DNA of 50,947 nucleotides, taken from contig NIVC01004309.1 in the NCBI GenBank assembly GCA_002269645.1, positions 1 to 50,947 on the forward strand. The letters run 5' to 3'. Each line of letters opens with the position of its first letter. Within the stretch, counting starts at the first letter, position 1. Made by a program: the position numbers and the translations under genes. The notes beneath the pieces were generated by a model. That model saw only the letters and a list, made by a program, of their open reading frames with translations. It ran no database searches and was not told the origin of the DNA. This DNA comes from Macrostomum lignano (lineage: Eukaryota). Shown here in pieces: positions 1 to 12,260 of this stretch.

Positions 1-900
1 AGTTCCACTTATATACTAAAGCTGACGTCGTGGTCCGGTGGGCGGGTTTGTCGACGATCTCCTCTAGGATTCTGCAACTCAACTTTCAAACCGGTACCAA
101 AACATGTCAAATGTCCCGACGATGCTACAATTTAAAATTCATTTTCAAATTTCAATTTTAAGTGCTTCAAAAAAGCAGAAAACAGCACAACCAGACAGCC
201 AGACAGATGTCTATATATCGCATTCCATGGACTTCCCACTTGACGCTATTTTGTATGGTTGCGCCACAACTTTTCTCCTATCTCTGCAGTGTATTTTCTT
301 TCCAGTGGGGGGTGGGAGCGTTCTCAGTGGCTGGCGTGTGTAACTTGGACCCTGGCTCACTGGCTGACTTTATAGATAATTGCGCAATGATATGGCTACT
401 GATAAGTTTTCCTGCCTTTCAATGGGCAGTCCTGTGTATTTGTTGGACATTGAAATTCAATGCATCAACTTGCAAGCAAGGCAGTGAACGTACACTCGAT
501 ACTTCAATGCTATAAATCAGACAGTTTCAAACGCTAACTGTTCCTCGAGTTTTAAACTTTGAGAGAGAAACTTATATTGCTGGAAAGATCTTGCAACGCT
601 GAGTTCGGGGATATAAGTTGTCTGCTTTAAATATGAAAAGAAAAAGCACATCATTTGAAAAACTACTTTCCATACTTTTAACTTTCTGCAAAGATTGTAC
701 TTTAATCTGCAAAGATTGTTGGGGGGAGGGTTCAACTTCTCACTGCTGCTGTGTATTGGAGGGTTGATTTAGATTGCGCAATGTTTTTGTTAACTTTACC
801 TGAGCTGATACTGACTGACTGTGAAATCGGTTGCGCAATGAATTGATTCAATTAGTTCAATATTTTTATCTGTGCCTTTTAACACAAGCTGTGCGTAGTT

Positions 901-930
901 CTAACCCTAACCCTAACCCTAACCCTAACC
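901..930. repeat. Interstitial telomere-type repeat (CTAACC)5
   Basis: Five tandem CTAACC, i.e. TTAGGG on the minus strand. Confidence 0.95.
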
Positions 931-1029
931 AACCCGAATGAATCTGGAGTTGAGTTGTTTGACGGAAAAAAATTCGATTAAGTCAGTTTAGCGGAGACGA
1001 TTTCAATGTTTTAATTCTGACGGAGAGAT

Positions 1030-1290
1030 TTTGTGTTTCGTGAGAGGATTTCGTGATGTTCAGTTTCACGATTTTCATGGTGTTCAGTTTCACGGAGAGG
1101 ATTTCGATCATGTTCAGCTTCACGGAGAGGATTTCTGTTTCGCGATAATTTATGATTGATTTCTGTTTTATGGAGACCATTTTGATGGATTTAAGTTTCA
1201 AGGAGAGGATTTCGAAGGAGTCCAGTTTCACGGAGAGGATTTCGATGGTTTTCAGTTGCACGGACAGGATTTCTGCTTCGCGCGGAGAGG
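1030..1290. repeat. Degenerate 30-bp minisatellite (ACGGAGAGGATTTCGATGATGTTCAGTTTC)
   Basis: Recurrent CACGGAGAGGATTTC at ~30-bp period. Confidence 0.85.
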
Positions 1291-1319
1291 ATCTTGATGG
1301 ATTTGGCATCTTCAATCAG

Positions 1320-2250
1320 TTAGAGAAGAGAGTAAAGAGAAGAATGAAAGAGAAGAGAGATGAGATGATAGAAAACAGAGTAGAAATGAGTGGAGAGATT
1401 AGACATGACAGATGGGAGAAAAGGAGTAAGGCGGGAACGAAGGAGAGAGAAGAGAAGAGGAGAGAGAAGAGGAGAGGGGAGATATGAGATAGCAAATGGA
1501 TACAAGAGAGATAATAGGAGAGAGAATAGATGAGGGATAAGAGCGTACAGAGGAAATAGAAGAGAGGGAGAGTAGAGGAGAAAGAAAGAGTGAGATGAGG
1601 GGATGAGGGATGAGAGAGGAGGGAAGAGGAGAGAGAAGAGAGGAGAAAAGAGGGAGAAAGGAGAGAGAAGCGAAAGGAGAAGAGAGAGAGGAGAGAGGAG
1701 AGAGATGAAAGATCATAGATGAGAGAGTTAAGAGAGGAAAGTAGTGCGGAGAGGAGAGATGAGAGATGCGATGAAAGAGATGCGTGAGAAAATAAGAGAG
1801 AAGAGATTAGAGATTAGAGATTAGAGAAGAGAGGGGAGAAGATGAAAGGAGCAAGGAGAGGAGAAAAGAGAGAATGGAGAGGATAGAAAAGAGAGAAGAG
1901 AAGAGACAGGGGATAGTGGAAAGAGGAAAGAAAGATGGGAGACAAGAAAGTAGAGTGTGAGAGCGTATTTGAGATATGAGAAATGAGAGCTGAGAGAAGA
2001 GAAAAGAGAAGAGAGAGAGAGGGTTAAGAGAGACGATAGATAAGTGAGTAGAGATGATATATGAGAGAGAAGAGAAGAGGGAGAGATAAGAGAGAAGAGA
2101 GGAGACAGGAGACAGGAGATGGTACAGACGAAAGACGAGGGAGAAGAGATAAATAAGGGAGTAGGGGTAGAGATGAGATGAGATGAGAGAGAGGAGAGAG
2201 AAGAGAGTCACGATAATAGCGAAGAGAGTAGAGAGGAGATATGATAGACG
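1320..2250. repeat. GA-rich polypurine low-complexity tract
   Basis: Almost all G/A; paralogous tract at 5390-6450. Confidence 0.9.
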
Positions 2251-2415
2251 TGAGAGTCTTTGAGCTATGGTCTTTTAAAGGTTTTGTAAAGAATTTGGAG
2301 ACGATTTGGAAGATAGGGTTCAAGGCATGGAATTTCAGTTGATGGATATTTCAGGAAATGGAATTCCGGTGATGGGAGTTCTTCCCTTTCTCCTCCGAAG
2401 GAGGAGTTCCACTCG

Positions 2416-3431
2416 TCTATATACTAAAGCTGACGTCGTGGTCCGGTGGTAGGGTGGGCCGGTGGGCCGGGTTTGTCGACGATCTCCTCCTAGGATTCTT
2501 GCAACTCAACTTTCAAACCGGTACCAAAACATGTCAAATGTCCCGACGATGCTACAATTTAAAATTCATTTTCAAATTTCAATTTTAAGTGCTTCAAAAA
2601 AGCAGAAAACAGCACAAACCAGACAGCCAGACAGATGTCTATATATCGCATTCCATGGACTTCCCACTTGACGCTATTTTGTATGGTTGCGCCACAACTT
2701 TTCTCCTATCTCTGCAGTGTATTTCATTTCAGCTGGGGGAGGGTCGCCGGCACTTGAGAATTGGCGGCCTACTTGCTCAGTGTTAAAAAGGGGTGGAGGT
2801 GCACACTGCGCGAGAATGGATGGCTTGATTTTTTAACTCATCACAGAGTGTACATTGCGCTCTGCAAGTAAGAAACGGGAAAACTTGCACCTTAATTTCT
2901 GCTTTTAATTTTCAAGCTACAGAAAAGTGAATCACACCGTTGGAAAGAGTTTGAAAAACTGAACAGAATGGTATAATTTTCTGTTCCGAAATCTCAACTG
3001 CATCAGAGCAATTTGTCATAGAAATTTTCTTGATTTCAATTGTGAAAATGTTAAGTGGCTGGGGAGGGGTTTCATTAATTTCAATTCTGACTGTGCAATG
3101 CACAAGCCTAGACTCTCCCTGTGCATTTGGGGAGGTGCATGGGCTATAGACTGTACTGTAGATCTTTACTGTACGCTTGCAAGTAACAAGGCCGACATAA
3201 ATGAATAAATTCGGCTAAATGCAGTGTACATTTGTGAGAACCGGGCTGCGACAGTGATGGCGCAATGCATATGCATCAACGGGGGCAGGCGATCGTTTCA
3301 GTAGCTCAATTTCGCTGGCCCAAGAGCTAGGGTTAGGGTTTCGATATGGAGTTCTGCAGATTCAACATTCCAACCATAGGATTCCGGGGATTTCAATTCA
3401 GCGGATTTCTCCTCCAACGGAGGAGTTCCAC
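2416..3431 (+). mobile_element. Helitron-like unit 2 (short, ~1.0 kb)
   Basis: 5' TCTATATACTAAAG directly after CTCG of unit 1; ends CTCCTCC-AAC-GGAGGAG-TTCCAC. First ~730 bp near-identical to 3432-4153. Confidence 0.6.
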
Positions 3432-4941
3432 TCTATATACTAAAGCTGACGTCGTGGTCCGGTGGGCCGGGTTTGTCGACGATCTCCTCCTAGGATTCTT
3501 GCAACTCAACTTTCAAACCGGTACCAAAACATGTCAAATGTCCCGACGATGCTACAATTTAAAATTCATTTTCAAATTTCAATTTTAAGTGCTTCAAAAA
3601 AGCAGAAAACAGCACAAACCAGACAGCCAGACCAGATGTCTATATATCGCATTCCATGGACTTCCCACTTGACGCTATTTTGTATGGTTGCGCCACAACT
3701 TTTCTCCTATCTCTGCAGTGTATTTCATTTCAGCTGGGGGGGGTCGCCGGCACTTGAGAATTGGCGGCCTACTTGCTCAGTGTTAAAAAGGGGTGGAGGT
3801 GCACACTGCGCGAGAATGGATGGCTTGATTTTTTAACTCATCACAGAGTGTACATTGCGCTCTGCAAGTAAGAAACGGGAAAACTTGCACCTTAATTTCT
3901 GCTTTTAATTTTCAAGCTACAGAAAAGTGAATCACACCGTTGGAAAGAGTTTGAAAAACTGAACAGAATGGTATAATTTTCTGTTCCGAAATCTCAACTG
4001 CATCAGAGCAATTTGTCATAGAAAATTTCTTGATTTCAATTGTGAAAACGTTAAGTGGCTGGGGAGGGGTTTCATTAATTTCAATTCTGACTGTGCAATG
4101 CACAAGCCTAGACTCTCCCTGTGCATTTGGGGAGGTGCATGGGCTATAGACTGATTTTCATATTGAGTGATTGGCTGGAGATAATATTGAGATTAAATAA
4201 ATGAATCACCGCAGTGTAAACTGCTTTTTTGACCCCCAATAACCTTCTTTTGCCACTCTGCCTGGGGCTTCAGCCAGTTTGTAAAAATAGCCACCCCAAC
4301 CTCCGCCCGCGGCCGCTGTGTATTGAGGGGTGGTGGGTGCGCGTGTTCTACGTTCAATGCAAATAAAACCCCCGCGTGTTGGCGGGTTGAGTTAAATTTA
4401 ATGCTTCCCCCGTAACGGGGGGTTGGGCTTGGACTGAGTGTACATAGCTGTTGTACAGTGTAAAAAGATAGATAGAACTGTGCCGAGATTCAATTGGTTT
4501 TATTATCGGCCCTGTGTATTAGCTGGGCAGTGAAATTCAATGAATAAACTTGCGAGCTTCTCTAGCAAGAAGTCGGGAAATCGGTAAATTTCAAACGCTA
4601 ACTGTTCCTCGAGTTTTAAACTTTGAGAGGAGAAACTTATATTGCTGGAAAGATCTTGCAACGCTGAGTTCGGGGATATAAGTTGTTTGCTTTAAATATG
4701 AAAAGAAAAAGCACAGCATTTGAAAAACTATTTCTATACTTTTAACTTTCTGCAAAAATTGTACTCAGTTTTGCGAGACGTAATAGATAAAGTTGGGGGA
4801 GGGTTCAACTTCTCACTGCTGCTGTGTATTAGAGGGTTGATTTAGATTGACTGACTGACTGTGAAATCAGTTGCGCAATGAATTGATTCAATTAGTTCAA
4901 TATTTTTATCAGTGCCTTTTAACACAAACCTGTGCGTAGTT

Positions 4942-4965
4942 CTAACCCTAACCCTAACCCTAACC
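4942..4965. repeat. Interstitial telomere-type repeat (CTAACC)4
   Basis: Same flanks (TGTGCGTAGTT) as 901-930. Confidence 0.95.
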
Positions 4966-5044
4966 AATGAATCCGGAGAGTTGAGTTGTTTGACGGAAAA
5001 AATTCGATTGAGTCCAGTTTAGCGGAGACGATTTCAATGTTTTA

Positions 5045-5360
5045 ATTTTGACGAAGAGGATTTCTGTTTCGTGGAGAGGATTTCGATGGTGTTCAGTTTC
5101 GTGGAGAGGATTTCGATGGCGTTCACTTTCGTGGAAAGGATTTCGATGATGTTCAGTTTCACGGAGAGGATTTCGATGATGTTCAGCTTCACGGAGAGGA
5201 TTTCTGTTTCGCGGAGATAATTTATGATTGATTTCTGTTTTATGGAGACCATTTTGATGGATTTAAGTTTCAAGGAGAGGATTTCGAAGGAGTCCAGTTT
5301 CACGGAGAGGATTTCGATGGTTTTCAGTTGCACGGACAGGATTTCTGCTTCGCGGAGAGG
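5045..5360. repeat. 30-bp minisatellite, paralog of 1030-1290
   Basis: Same GGAGAGGATTTCGATG unit. Confidence 0.85.
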
Positions 5361-5389
5361 ATCTTGATGGATTTGGCATCTTCAATCAG

Positions 5390-6450
5390 TTAGAGAAGAG
5401 AGTAAAGAGAAGAATGAAAAGAGAAGAGAGATGAGATGATAGAAAACAGAGTAGAAATGAGTGGAGAGATTAGACATGACAGATGGGAGAGAAGAGGGGA
5501 GTAAGGCGGGAACGAAGGAAGAGAAAAGAGAAGAGGAGAGAGGAGTTGAAGGGAGAGGATATGAGAGAGGAGATATGAGATAGCAGAGAGGAGACAGGAG
5601 AGAAAAGAAAGGAGGGATAAGAGCGTACAGAGGCAATAGAAGAGAGGAAAGAGAGGAGAGAGGTGAGAGGTGAGAGGAGAGAGATGAAAGATCAGAGATC
5701 AGAGATTCAAGAGTAGAAAGTAGTGAGGAGAAAGAAGAGGGTAAAGATGAGAGTGCAGAGAGGAGAGAAACGAGAGGAGACAGGTGATAGAAAAGAGTGT
5801 AAAAAAACAGGATATAAGAAAGGAGAGGGTGAGAGTGAGAGCATATAGGAAAGTGTAAAAGGGGAGAGAGAATAGATAAGTGAGTAGAGAAGAGATATGA
5901 GAGAGGAGAGAGGAGAGATTAGAGAAGAGATGAGGGGAGATAAGAGGAGAGAAGAGGGAATGGAGAGGAGAGAAAAGAGAGGAGAGGAGACAGGTGATGC
6001 AGTAGAAAGGGAAGAAAGATGGTAGATAAGAAAGGAGAGGGTGAGAGCGTATAAGAGATACGAGTAATGAAAGCAGAGAGAAGAGAGAAAAGGGAAGAGA
6101 GAAAGTAGAGCGGAGACGATAGATAAGTGAGTAGAGATGAGATATGAGAGAGGAGAGAAAAGGGGAGAGATAAGAGAGAAGATATGAGAGTAGACAGGAG
6201 AGGGTACAGACGAAAGGCGAGGGAGAAGAGATAAATAAGGGTAGAGATGAGATATGAGAGAGAAGAGATAAGCGAGAAGAGTAGGAATAGAGGAGAGAGA
6301 GAAGCGAGAGAAGGGAGAGAGGAGGGAGAAGAGAGATGAAAGATCAGAGATGAGAGAGATGAAAGTGTAGAGAGGAGTAATTAGTGAGGAGAAAGAAGAG
6401 AGTAAAAATAAAAATCAGAGCGCAGGGCGCAAGAGATGAGAGATGGGAGT
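5390..6450. repeat. GA-rich polypurine low-complexity tract
   Basis: Paralog of 1320-2250. Confidence 0.9.
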
Positions 6451-6613
6451 TGATAGATTGTAGAGGATTTGGAGATGATTTGGAAGATGGGATTCAATTC
6501 ATTGAATTTCAGCTGATAGGAGTTCTTCCCCTTCAGAATTCCGGTGATGGGAGTTCTTCCCCTTTCTCCTCCAGAGGAGGAGTTCCACTCGTAATCTACT
6601 AATCATACACTTA

Positions 6614-6666
6614 GATTCGAACCCAGGTTGCTGCATTAGCAGTCTGGTCTGTTCAGCTCTAGGCTA
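6614..6666 (-). mobile_element. tRNA-derived fragment (SINE head or tRNA-Ser(GCT)-like pseudogene)
   Basis: Minus strand reads ...CAGACTGCTAATGCAGCAACCTGGGTTCGAATC: a GACTGCTAAT anticodon-arm-like motif and B-box GGTTCGAATC. No complete cloverleaf. Confidence 0.5.
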
Positions 6667-6707
6667 GCTGTCATCGAAGTTATCAGTGAATTTGTACCAC
6701 TTAAATA

Positions 6708-7177
6708 GTTCAACACTCACACAAAGTCAGGTAGAGTAAAAAGTCACGAAGCAGTTATGAGTTATGACATAATCAATTTCTTAGGCAAGTCAGTACCAGT
6801 CTCTATAAAAGTTAACAATATGGTTACGCAATATAAATTGAGTACTGTGCTATGCTTTCACACTCAACGCTGTGACGCAATTCAATTGAGTGTCTTGTGT
6901 ATTGTGATGCAATCTATTTTAGAATCAGAATTCAACCAGTCAGTTTTTCTGCTAGCATTCTTACAATGCATTTCAATGCTTGACCTTTGCAAAAAAGCAT
7001 GTTTTTCGAATATTTAATCCCTTTAACATTGAGCAATTTCTTAGCCAAGATGCATGTACCGTCACGGAAAAATTTCTGATCGAACAGTGCAAGTTCGTAG
7101 AAAATCGGTCCAGCCATTCAGGAGAAAATCGATTTCGTACAAGCAAGCAAGCAAGATTTTCATTTTTAGTATATGGA
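6708..7177 (-). mobile_element. 5' fragment of the minus-strand Helitron family
   Basis: Homologous to 21150-21676 and 27990-28400. Minus strand starts A|TCCATATACTAAAAATG followed by a (TTGC)n microsatellite. Confidence 0.7.
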
Positions 7178-8438
7178 TAATGCGTCATGTACTTTATCAT
7201 TAGCAGCTCGTAGTCTATATAGGCGCATATAAAGCTCTCAACAGGCAACCTAAACGATTATATGCATATATTAACTGCTGGATGTCTTCGATGCATCTAA
7301 AGTTTAGTATAATTGACTAGCCAATTGAACCCCTTTCGGGTAATGCTGGTCAATTCTTCAACGAGTGATGCTGATTGTTTTTAAGAGCAAGGTGGCCAAT
7401 ATCGTAGAGTGAACAACTTAAAAGTTTATTTATCGCGCACTTACATTAAAAGTATTTATGCTTCCTAAGCATAAACAGCGATATACCTCGTATCTTTATT
7501 GCGTATCTAAACTCCACACAGCGTGTCCCAATGCCTAGGCAGTCACGCTTGCACTCGCTGCAACAAAGCATGCAAGCCTGCAAGTTTTTTAAGGCAGATT
7601 TTTAGTTGATTGACACTGCGAACTGTATAGCGTAAAACTTTCCGTTGGATGCGTTGAATTTTTTTTCTTCACAAGTTTTTGCTTTATCGCTATAAACTCT
7701 AGATTATTCAGAATTTTGAGCCTGTTGTATGCATAACTATACGCTTGTACAGTGTATCATAGCGTTGAGATGCAAAGGAGCTGATCGAGATACAGCCAAA
7801 TTGGCCAAAATGTATGAGCTCAGTACAAATTACGAAGTATTTTATTACTTTATTAAGTTTTTTATGCAATAATACGAGTAAATAGCAGAAGAGATCAATA
7901 TCAACCGCGTTTCAACTAATAAATGATACAAAATTTTACCCTTATCAGAAAGTGTGTTTACTACTTTAAGTAGAAATTGTGACAAGAGCCCTGACTCATA
8001 GGGGCCATGTATACAGTCGTCTGCAAGGACCGCTATAGAATACTCGCAGTAACAGGACAGTAAAAGTCAAAGATCGGGTGATGTTTTGGGAGGCCAATTC
8101 CCTGGAAAACATACACTGCGCAGTGGAATAGGAAAAAATCATTTTTTCTCACAAAATGAATGATCGCATTCGGCAGTGAAGATTAACCATTCTTTGAAAT
8201 GGCATATTACTCTGTTGTATTTTTTCTATACTGTTATCCTGTTATCCTGTACTGTTATTTTTTTCAAAGCCTAAAGCTAAAGTTGTAAATGCTCACAATT
8301 GTGGCTTTAGCTGATCTTTTTGTTCTGTTCCTTCTTGAATCAAATATGTTTGTTATAACAATCAAGCTTAAAATTCATACATGAAACTTTCCAACACTAG
8401 GTCAACAGGAATATGAAAAATGATATTGGTAAACGTGT

Positions 8439-8727
8439 ATAATAATAATAATAATAACATTAATTGATTGCAACCGACAGCTCAGCCGCAGCTATTGCGC
8501 GGCGCAGCTGAAGGCTGCGTACGGCTGTTCAGTCCAAGGACTGGGAGGTCGCCACACACAGCCTCAATTACCCCAGCTAATGCTGGCACCCATTTTACAG
8601 CTGGGTGAACTGAAGCAATGCAGATCGAGTTGTGTCTTGCTCAAGGACACAAATAGTTCCGAGTTGGTCGAGAATCGAACCCCCGACTTTCCAGTCATGA
8701 GTCCAACGCTCTAACCACTGGGCTACA
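8439..8727 (-). mobile_element. tRNA-headed CORE-type SINE with (TTA)n tail
   Basis: Minus-strand head GTAGCCCAGTGGTTAGAGCG...GGTTCGATTC (A and B boxes). CCCATTTTACAGCTGGGTGAACTGAAGC...TTGCTCAAGGACAC resembles the MIR CORE domain in reverse orientation. (AAT)n tail at 8439-8457. Second copy at 47425. Confidence 0.8.
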
Positions 8728-10668
8728 ACAATTTAATACGTATAGATATGTATAAGCATGAACTTACATGTATACCTGTAATAATGACTTAAAACTACCT
8801 GCAGGCAACATTTTAATTACAAACATGATTGATACATGCTGTGCATGCTAAATTAAAAGAATGGTAATCTTTACTGCCCCAGATCAAATTACGTGTGTGC
8901 TCAGGGGTCAACGGCCAATGGGACCGACTGCTTGCAGCTTCCCGCTCCTTGATTTTCTCGCAATGAACACTTGCCAATATAATTGAGCATGCGAGAGCTC
9001 ATCATCTACTTACCAGTAGAAAGTATAGAGTGTATAGTGATATTTTTGCGAGTCAATAAAAATTCGCTAAATTGACTAAATTCATGCCTTTGTTTCCAGG
9101 TTTGCTTTTATTTAAGGAAAACATCAGCTTTCTATCATGAGTAGCTTTCTATCATCTGGGCAACTGTTGGTTTACTGCTAGCGTAAAGTAAAGTAAGTAA
9201 ATTTAGATATTTGTATGTACACAGGCACGCTCTCATACAGGTGCAAAACGGTGTAACTTCACATTGATTTTTTCACTTTGTGGTGCATTTCTCTTTTAAG
9301 AATGTCGATGTTGATTAATATGTAGTCATAGGCATTTCAACAGTGAACATATGAGTAGATGCTTTTTATGCATACACATTTCTGCAGTAACAAACTACAT
9401 GCTTGCTAAGTGTAAATGTTCAGTGATTATAGACGCAGGCACCCCTTGAGTCACGGTTGAGAGTGATGGCTTTTATTCTTTCTGTTTTTTTCGAAAGCAG
9501 AGCAAATTCTCGCTTGTTGCTGATGCGAAGCTTACACGGGTTGATAATTTTAAACAAAAGTGAATTCAGACAGAATCGTGGTGCTGTTGTGGCAGATCCG
9601 GAATGCTAACACAAGCTTTGGCTTCCAAGTAGGAATCCGGTCCGCTCAAGGCTTGTTTGTGTCTCTTCGCAGCTCTCTTCTCTCTCTAATCTCCTCTCTC
9701 TCTCTTATCTTTTCTCTCCTCTCCTCTTCTCTCGTCTCCTCTCTTCTCAATTCCCTCTCCGCTCTCCCATCCTCCCAATCACATTCATACGCTAGGTCCT
9801 CTATCTGGCCCTTGAGGTAAAAAAGGTTTCTGACCCCCAGGTCTATCTATCCTTACGGATGTTTTTTGCGTAAGTTTACCTCTGGGCCGTTGGTTAAACT
9901 AGGAGTAAATCCAATTTGAATTCGCGCCAAAAAGAACGTCGTTTATTAATCGATAAACAACCGATGAGCTATATTTAAACATCACAAAAGCAGTGGCTCT
10001 GAGTGAATTGAGTACTTACCAGAGTCGATAACTAATTGAAAAGAATGGGAAAAATGGCCACCTCGCTAATGCATTCTGCTGCGATATTGGGTCTTCTAAT
10101 GAACTTTGCATAATTGCGAATCCTTAAAGTCAAGAAGGCATTTTTGTGTTCAAACTTTTTTCTGCATCAGTTGCCAAGCAAATCGCCGTTCTAGAAGACT
10201 TAGAAGTTCGTGGTTAATATTTGCTATAATTTTCCCCTTGACCAATTCATAGAAATTTATTGAGTAGCTGAACTTCAAGGTGCTCTGCTCTGATAAGGCA
10301 CGCTCGCTCCCTTCCTACTCAAAGACTCTAATTTCTCGGACTCTGAGACCAAGCTATTGGTTAACTCTGAGCATTTTTATTAAACAGGCGTTTCTCATTC
10401 GTGTCGCGAGTCAGAAGCAGCGCGAGTGTCGGACAAGCAAACAGAATAACAGAGAGGCCATCTTCTATGTTGTTTATTTAATGTCCAAGTCTGTAAACTC
10501 TGCTCGCTGCAAAACTTATCTGTCTGTCAATCAGCTGTCATGCCAAGTATCTAACTTTAAAAAGCTCTGCGATTCTGAATCTACTCAATATTTCCTACGG
10601 CTTGAACATAGCCTTGATTTGGTCTCGCCAATCTCATGCCCCTGACTCATATGATCACCATTATTATC

Positions 10669-11160
10669 CATAAATCTTACCTACCTGACTCATCCAATCT
10701 CATCTACCTGACTCATCCAATCTCATCTACCTGACTCACCCAATCTCACCTATCTGACTCATCCAATCTCACCTACCTGACTCATCCAATCTCATCTACC
10801 TGACTCATCCAATCTCATCTACCTGACTCACCCAATCTCATCTACCTGACTCATCCAATCTCACCTATCTGACTCATCCAGTCTCATCTACCTGACTCAT
10901 TCAATCTCATCTACCTGATTCATTCAATCTCATCTACCTGACTCATTCAATCTCATCTACCTGATTCATTCAATCTCATCTACCTGACTCATTCAATCTC
11001 ATCTACCTGATTCATTCAATCTCATCTACCTGATTCATTCAATCTCATCTACCTGATTCATTCAATCTCATCTACCTGATTCATTCAATCTCATCTACCT
11101 GACTCATTCAATCTCATCTACCTGATTCATTCAATCTCATCTACCTGACTCATTTAATCT
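10669..11160. repeat. 23-bp minisatellite (CTACCTGACTCATCCAATCTCAT), ~21 copies
   Basis: Direct reading of period. Confidence 0.9.
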
Positions 11161-11612
11161 ACAATCCAAAAATATCAAAATTATTACCCAATTGTCAAAT
11201 CTATCTATTGCCAATTTCTGATATCTTTCTAATGTAGTTACATGTAGCAAGAGAACAAGTCGCACGTTTTATACTGACTCACAGTCCTTGCATGAAGCGA
11301 TATAAAGTTCATTCAAACAAATGACTAAATAAGCTGTTCCCTTTAACTTTACCCAGGCTACCTGGGCTGCCAGATAGAAGGTTTATGAACAATAGGAGCT
11401 AGATAGTTTTACCTGGAGAACTTGTTTCGCTATATTTGGCTTCATGATCATCTATCTGATCGTGCACTTCCAGCATTTCCAAATGTGGGCGATGCGGCAG
11501 GGTTATCGTATTTTATAACTCTGCTTCCGTTGACACCCCAGCCTCGCTTCCGCTCTGCTCACGTCACATGACTGTTTGCCCGCCTCCGCCTGCCTGCCGC
11601 GCCTGTCTGACT

Positions 11613-11628
11613 GTCTATCTATCTATCC

Positions 11629-11676
<48 letters not shown>

Positions 11677-11677
11677 G

Positions 11678-11722
<45 letters not shown>
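11613..11722. repeat. (ATCT)n microsatellite
   Basis: Direct reading. Confidence 0.95.
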
Positions 11723-11724
<2 letters not shown>

Positions 11725-12260
11725 ATCGATCTGTTTTTTTCATCTCTAAAACTTGATTCGATTACCTGAAGGTTTAAACGTGGTGATCGCGTGATGTTGG
11801 CAATCATTAAAGTAGAGAGCGGAGAGCCAGAGTACTGCTCAATACAGAGGCAAAAATTTTACGGGGAAAAAGTGGTAAAAATATTATATAATAGAAATAA
11901 GTAAAACCTAATCAAATTGATGGCATCACTTTTGGACAATGAGAATTGCTAAAGAGGTGCTTCACTTGGTGTTTGATTTTGTTGTAAAAAATATTTTCTA
12001 TCCAAGCGTTCCATTTTCGATTACGGATCGCTATAATGTAGCGATAGAAAGCCGTAGCCGTTATTCATTTTTTATCACCGCAGACTGAACTTCAACACCC
12101 TCAATTGATAATATACCTATATGAGTCTAGACTCAAAAATTGTCAGATTTTATTTTGTATTATTATATTTTATGTGAGTAATTGGATTAGAAACTACTGG
12201 TTTACAAAAGTTTAAAAGGACAGAAAGAGGGACAGAGGAAGGGGGACAGAGGGAGAGGGA

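Larger units (their letters stand above)
9..2415 (+). mobile_element. Non-autonomous Helitron-like unit 1 of a head-to-tail array (+ strand)
   Basis: Starts T(C)TATATACTAAAGCTGACGTCG, shared with units at 2416 and 3432. Ends with hairpin CTCCTCC-GAA-GGAGGAG + TTCCA-CTCG. Bases 1-8 (AGTTCCAC) are the tail of a further unit to the left. No Rep/Hel ORF. Confidence 0.6.
3432..6591 (+). mobile_element. Helitron-like unit 3 (~3.2 kb)
   Basis: 5' TCTATATACTAAAG; 3' CTCCTCC-AGA-GGAGGAG-TTCCACTCG|T. 5' part matches unit 2; 4590-6591 matches 520-2415 of unit 1. Confidence 0.6.

Noticed and set aside
11-20. ATATACTAAA match to the U6 snRNA 5' region
   Set aside because: Only 10 nt with no further U6 similarity; it is the Helitron-like 5' motif.
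983-1315. LRR-looking 10-aa repeat ORFs (EILSVKLN; also 5034-5333 and 22370-22573)
   Set aside because: Antisense read-outs of 30-bp minisatellites, with indels and stops; they lack the LxxLxLxxN register.
10669-11160. CRISPR-like array (also considered for the other periodic repeats)
   Set aside because: Contiguous tandem units with no unique spacers, eukaryotic context and no cas genes.
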